From: an uncultured delta proteobacterium
GTDB taxonomy: Bacteria > Desulfobacterota > RBG-13-43-22
Assembly: GCA_963790475.1 (NCBI GenBank)
Contig: CAWBOS010000012.1
Coordinates: 352,001 to 416,000 of the forward strand
Length of the DNA stretch: 64,000 bases
Direction of reading: 5' to 3'
The notes under the pieces were generated by a model. The model ran no database searches and was not told the origin of the DNA. It saw nothing but the letters and a program-made list of their open reading frames with translations. The position numbers and the translations under genes are program-made. This document shows, piece after piece, positions 62,954-64,000 of the stretch. Within the stretch, counting starts at the first letter, position 1. Each line of letters opens with the position of its first letter.

Positions 62954-64000
62954 TTACCGGCCGATGTCTGCATCCCCATAACGCATGTCGGGCCAATGGA
63001 TGCTCCCCTCTTCAAAGAGAACGGTAAACACCTGGTCGGGATCGGTGCTTTCCTGAACATTGGGAAGGTCCATTCCGCCGACTCCGGCCGGGACATAAAA
63101 GGTGAAATCCAAAGGGTTCATTTGGCCCTCACGCACCGCTTCCACATACATCTGCGGCCCCTTGGGGTTGGCAAGTCCGGATATCTTGCCCATAAATTTC
63201 CGGTCATTTTGTCGAAAGTCGGCGTAGGTGCACGCCACCCCATAGAGACAGGCGATTCCAACCCTGGCTGGATATTTAAATCCGAAAATGAGTTGCTTAA
63301 GATAACGGTCATAGGCCAGGGAATAGCTGGGCCATTTTCCTTTGCCCCACATAAGACCGGAAACGAAGGGGTCTTCCTGTTCAACCGGGGAAAGGGACAT
63401 GAGCTGGGCAACTCCGCAGACCGAACCATAGACTTGTTCTCTGTTGATGGTATGACCTTCCGGGTTCCATTCCGGATTGGAACAGCGCAGGGAATTGGAC
63501 ATCAAAGCATAAGCGGCCCGGAAAGGTTCCGATTCATTCTCCTCCGCCCGGAGACTTATCCGTAGCCCGCCTAAAAACATGGTTGTTCCGTAGAGCCCTT
63601 TTTTCCCATATTCTTCGTAAGTCACAATGCCGTTGCCGTCTTCATCGTAGGTGTCGAGAAAGCTTTTTTTCAATGAAGTCCCCTGCAGTTGATCCACGGC
63701 ATCCAAGTAGGCGAAAAAGGTTTTCTGCATATCCCAGGGCATCTTGTGAGAGTCGGTATACAAGGCCGTTGTGACGATCTCCTTGAAGTTGTCGCCCTCC
63801 AGATAACCAAGCCTTCCCCGGAAGGAGGCCAGCAGTTGGCCGGTGATATCATCGCTTCCGACCACATAATAAAGTCGTCGGCCCAATCTGCGTTTTTCAG
63901 CCCGCTCGAGACTAAAATCCCGGCTTAATGGGCAGTCGTATCCCTTGGTGGTCATGATGGCCTTTTCTTTAAGCAGGGGCAGGGGAACCGCCTGAGGGAA
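62954..64000 (-). CDS. Hypothetical protein, 5' end outside the window
   Basis: Frame stays open to 64000; contains DEDGNGIVTYEE. Confidence 0.7.
   Translation of the reverse strand, partial: FPQAVPLPLLKEKAIMTTKGYDCPLSRDFSLERAEKRRLGRRLYYVVGSDDITGQLLASFRGRLGYLEGDNFKEIVTTALYTDSHKMPWDMQKTFFAYLDAVDQLQGTSLKKSFLDTYDEDGNGIVTYEEYGKKGLYGTTMFLGGLRISLRAEENESEPFRAAYALMSNSLRCSNPEWNPEGHTINREQVYGSVCGVAQLMSLSPVEQEDPFVSGLMWGKGKWPSYSLAYDRYLKQLIFGFKYPARVGIACLYGVACTYADFRQNDRKFMGKISGLANPKGPQMYVEAVREGQMNPLDFTFYVPAGVGGMDLPNVQESTDPDQVFTVLFEEGSIHWPDMRYGDADIGR

Overview
Bacterial chromosomal window, most consistent with an anaerobic Desulfobacterota/deltaproteobacterial genome (split atpZ-I-B-E F0 cluster followed by rex, AddAB-like pair, many Liv-type ABC transporters, CoA ligases and Fe-S proteins). 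(1) 1-12.4 kb is an accessory island, AT-rich over 1-8 kb. It holds several toxin-antitoxin modules, a degenerate repeated intergenic element with attC-like ends, a 4TM + membrane-anchored TIR pair, a tight RnlA-like HEPN RNase / RNase HIII / TPR-OB three-gene operon (best candidate for an undescribed defence system), a MITE and an IS1634. (2) 12.4-26.1 kb is housekeeping: addAB-like, pdxA, uvrA, rex, atp F0. (3) 26.3-60 kb is an anaerobic catabolic region: two divergent HpaB/AbfD-family flavoproteins, an esterase, a Zn-ADH, two CoA ligases, two Liv ABC systems, TetR and GntR regulators, two tandem atypical glycyl-radical enzymes with one activase, and two Fe-S proteins that share a duplicated promoter/operator with the GREs. 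(4) 60-64 kb has ndk, a lytic transglycosylase, a small Cys-rich ORF behind tandem NrdR-like boxes, DUF2461 and a partial ORF. Several genes are frameshifted (assembly error or decay). I saw no rRNA, tRNA or CRISPR array. All family calls come from motif recognition by eye, not database searches.
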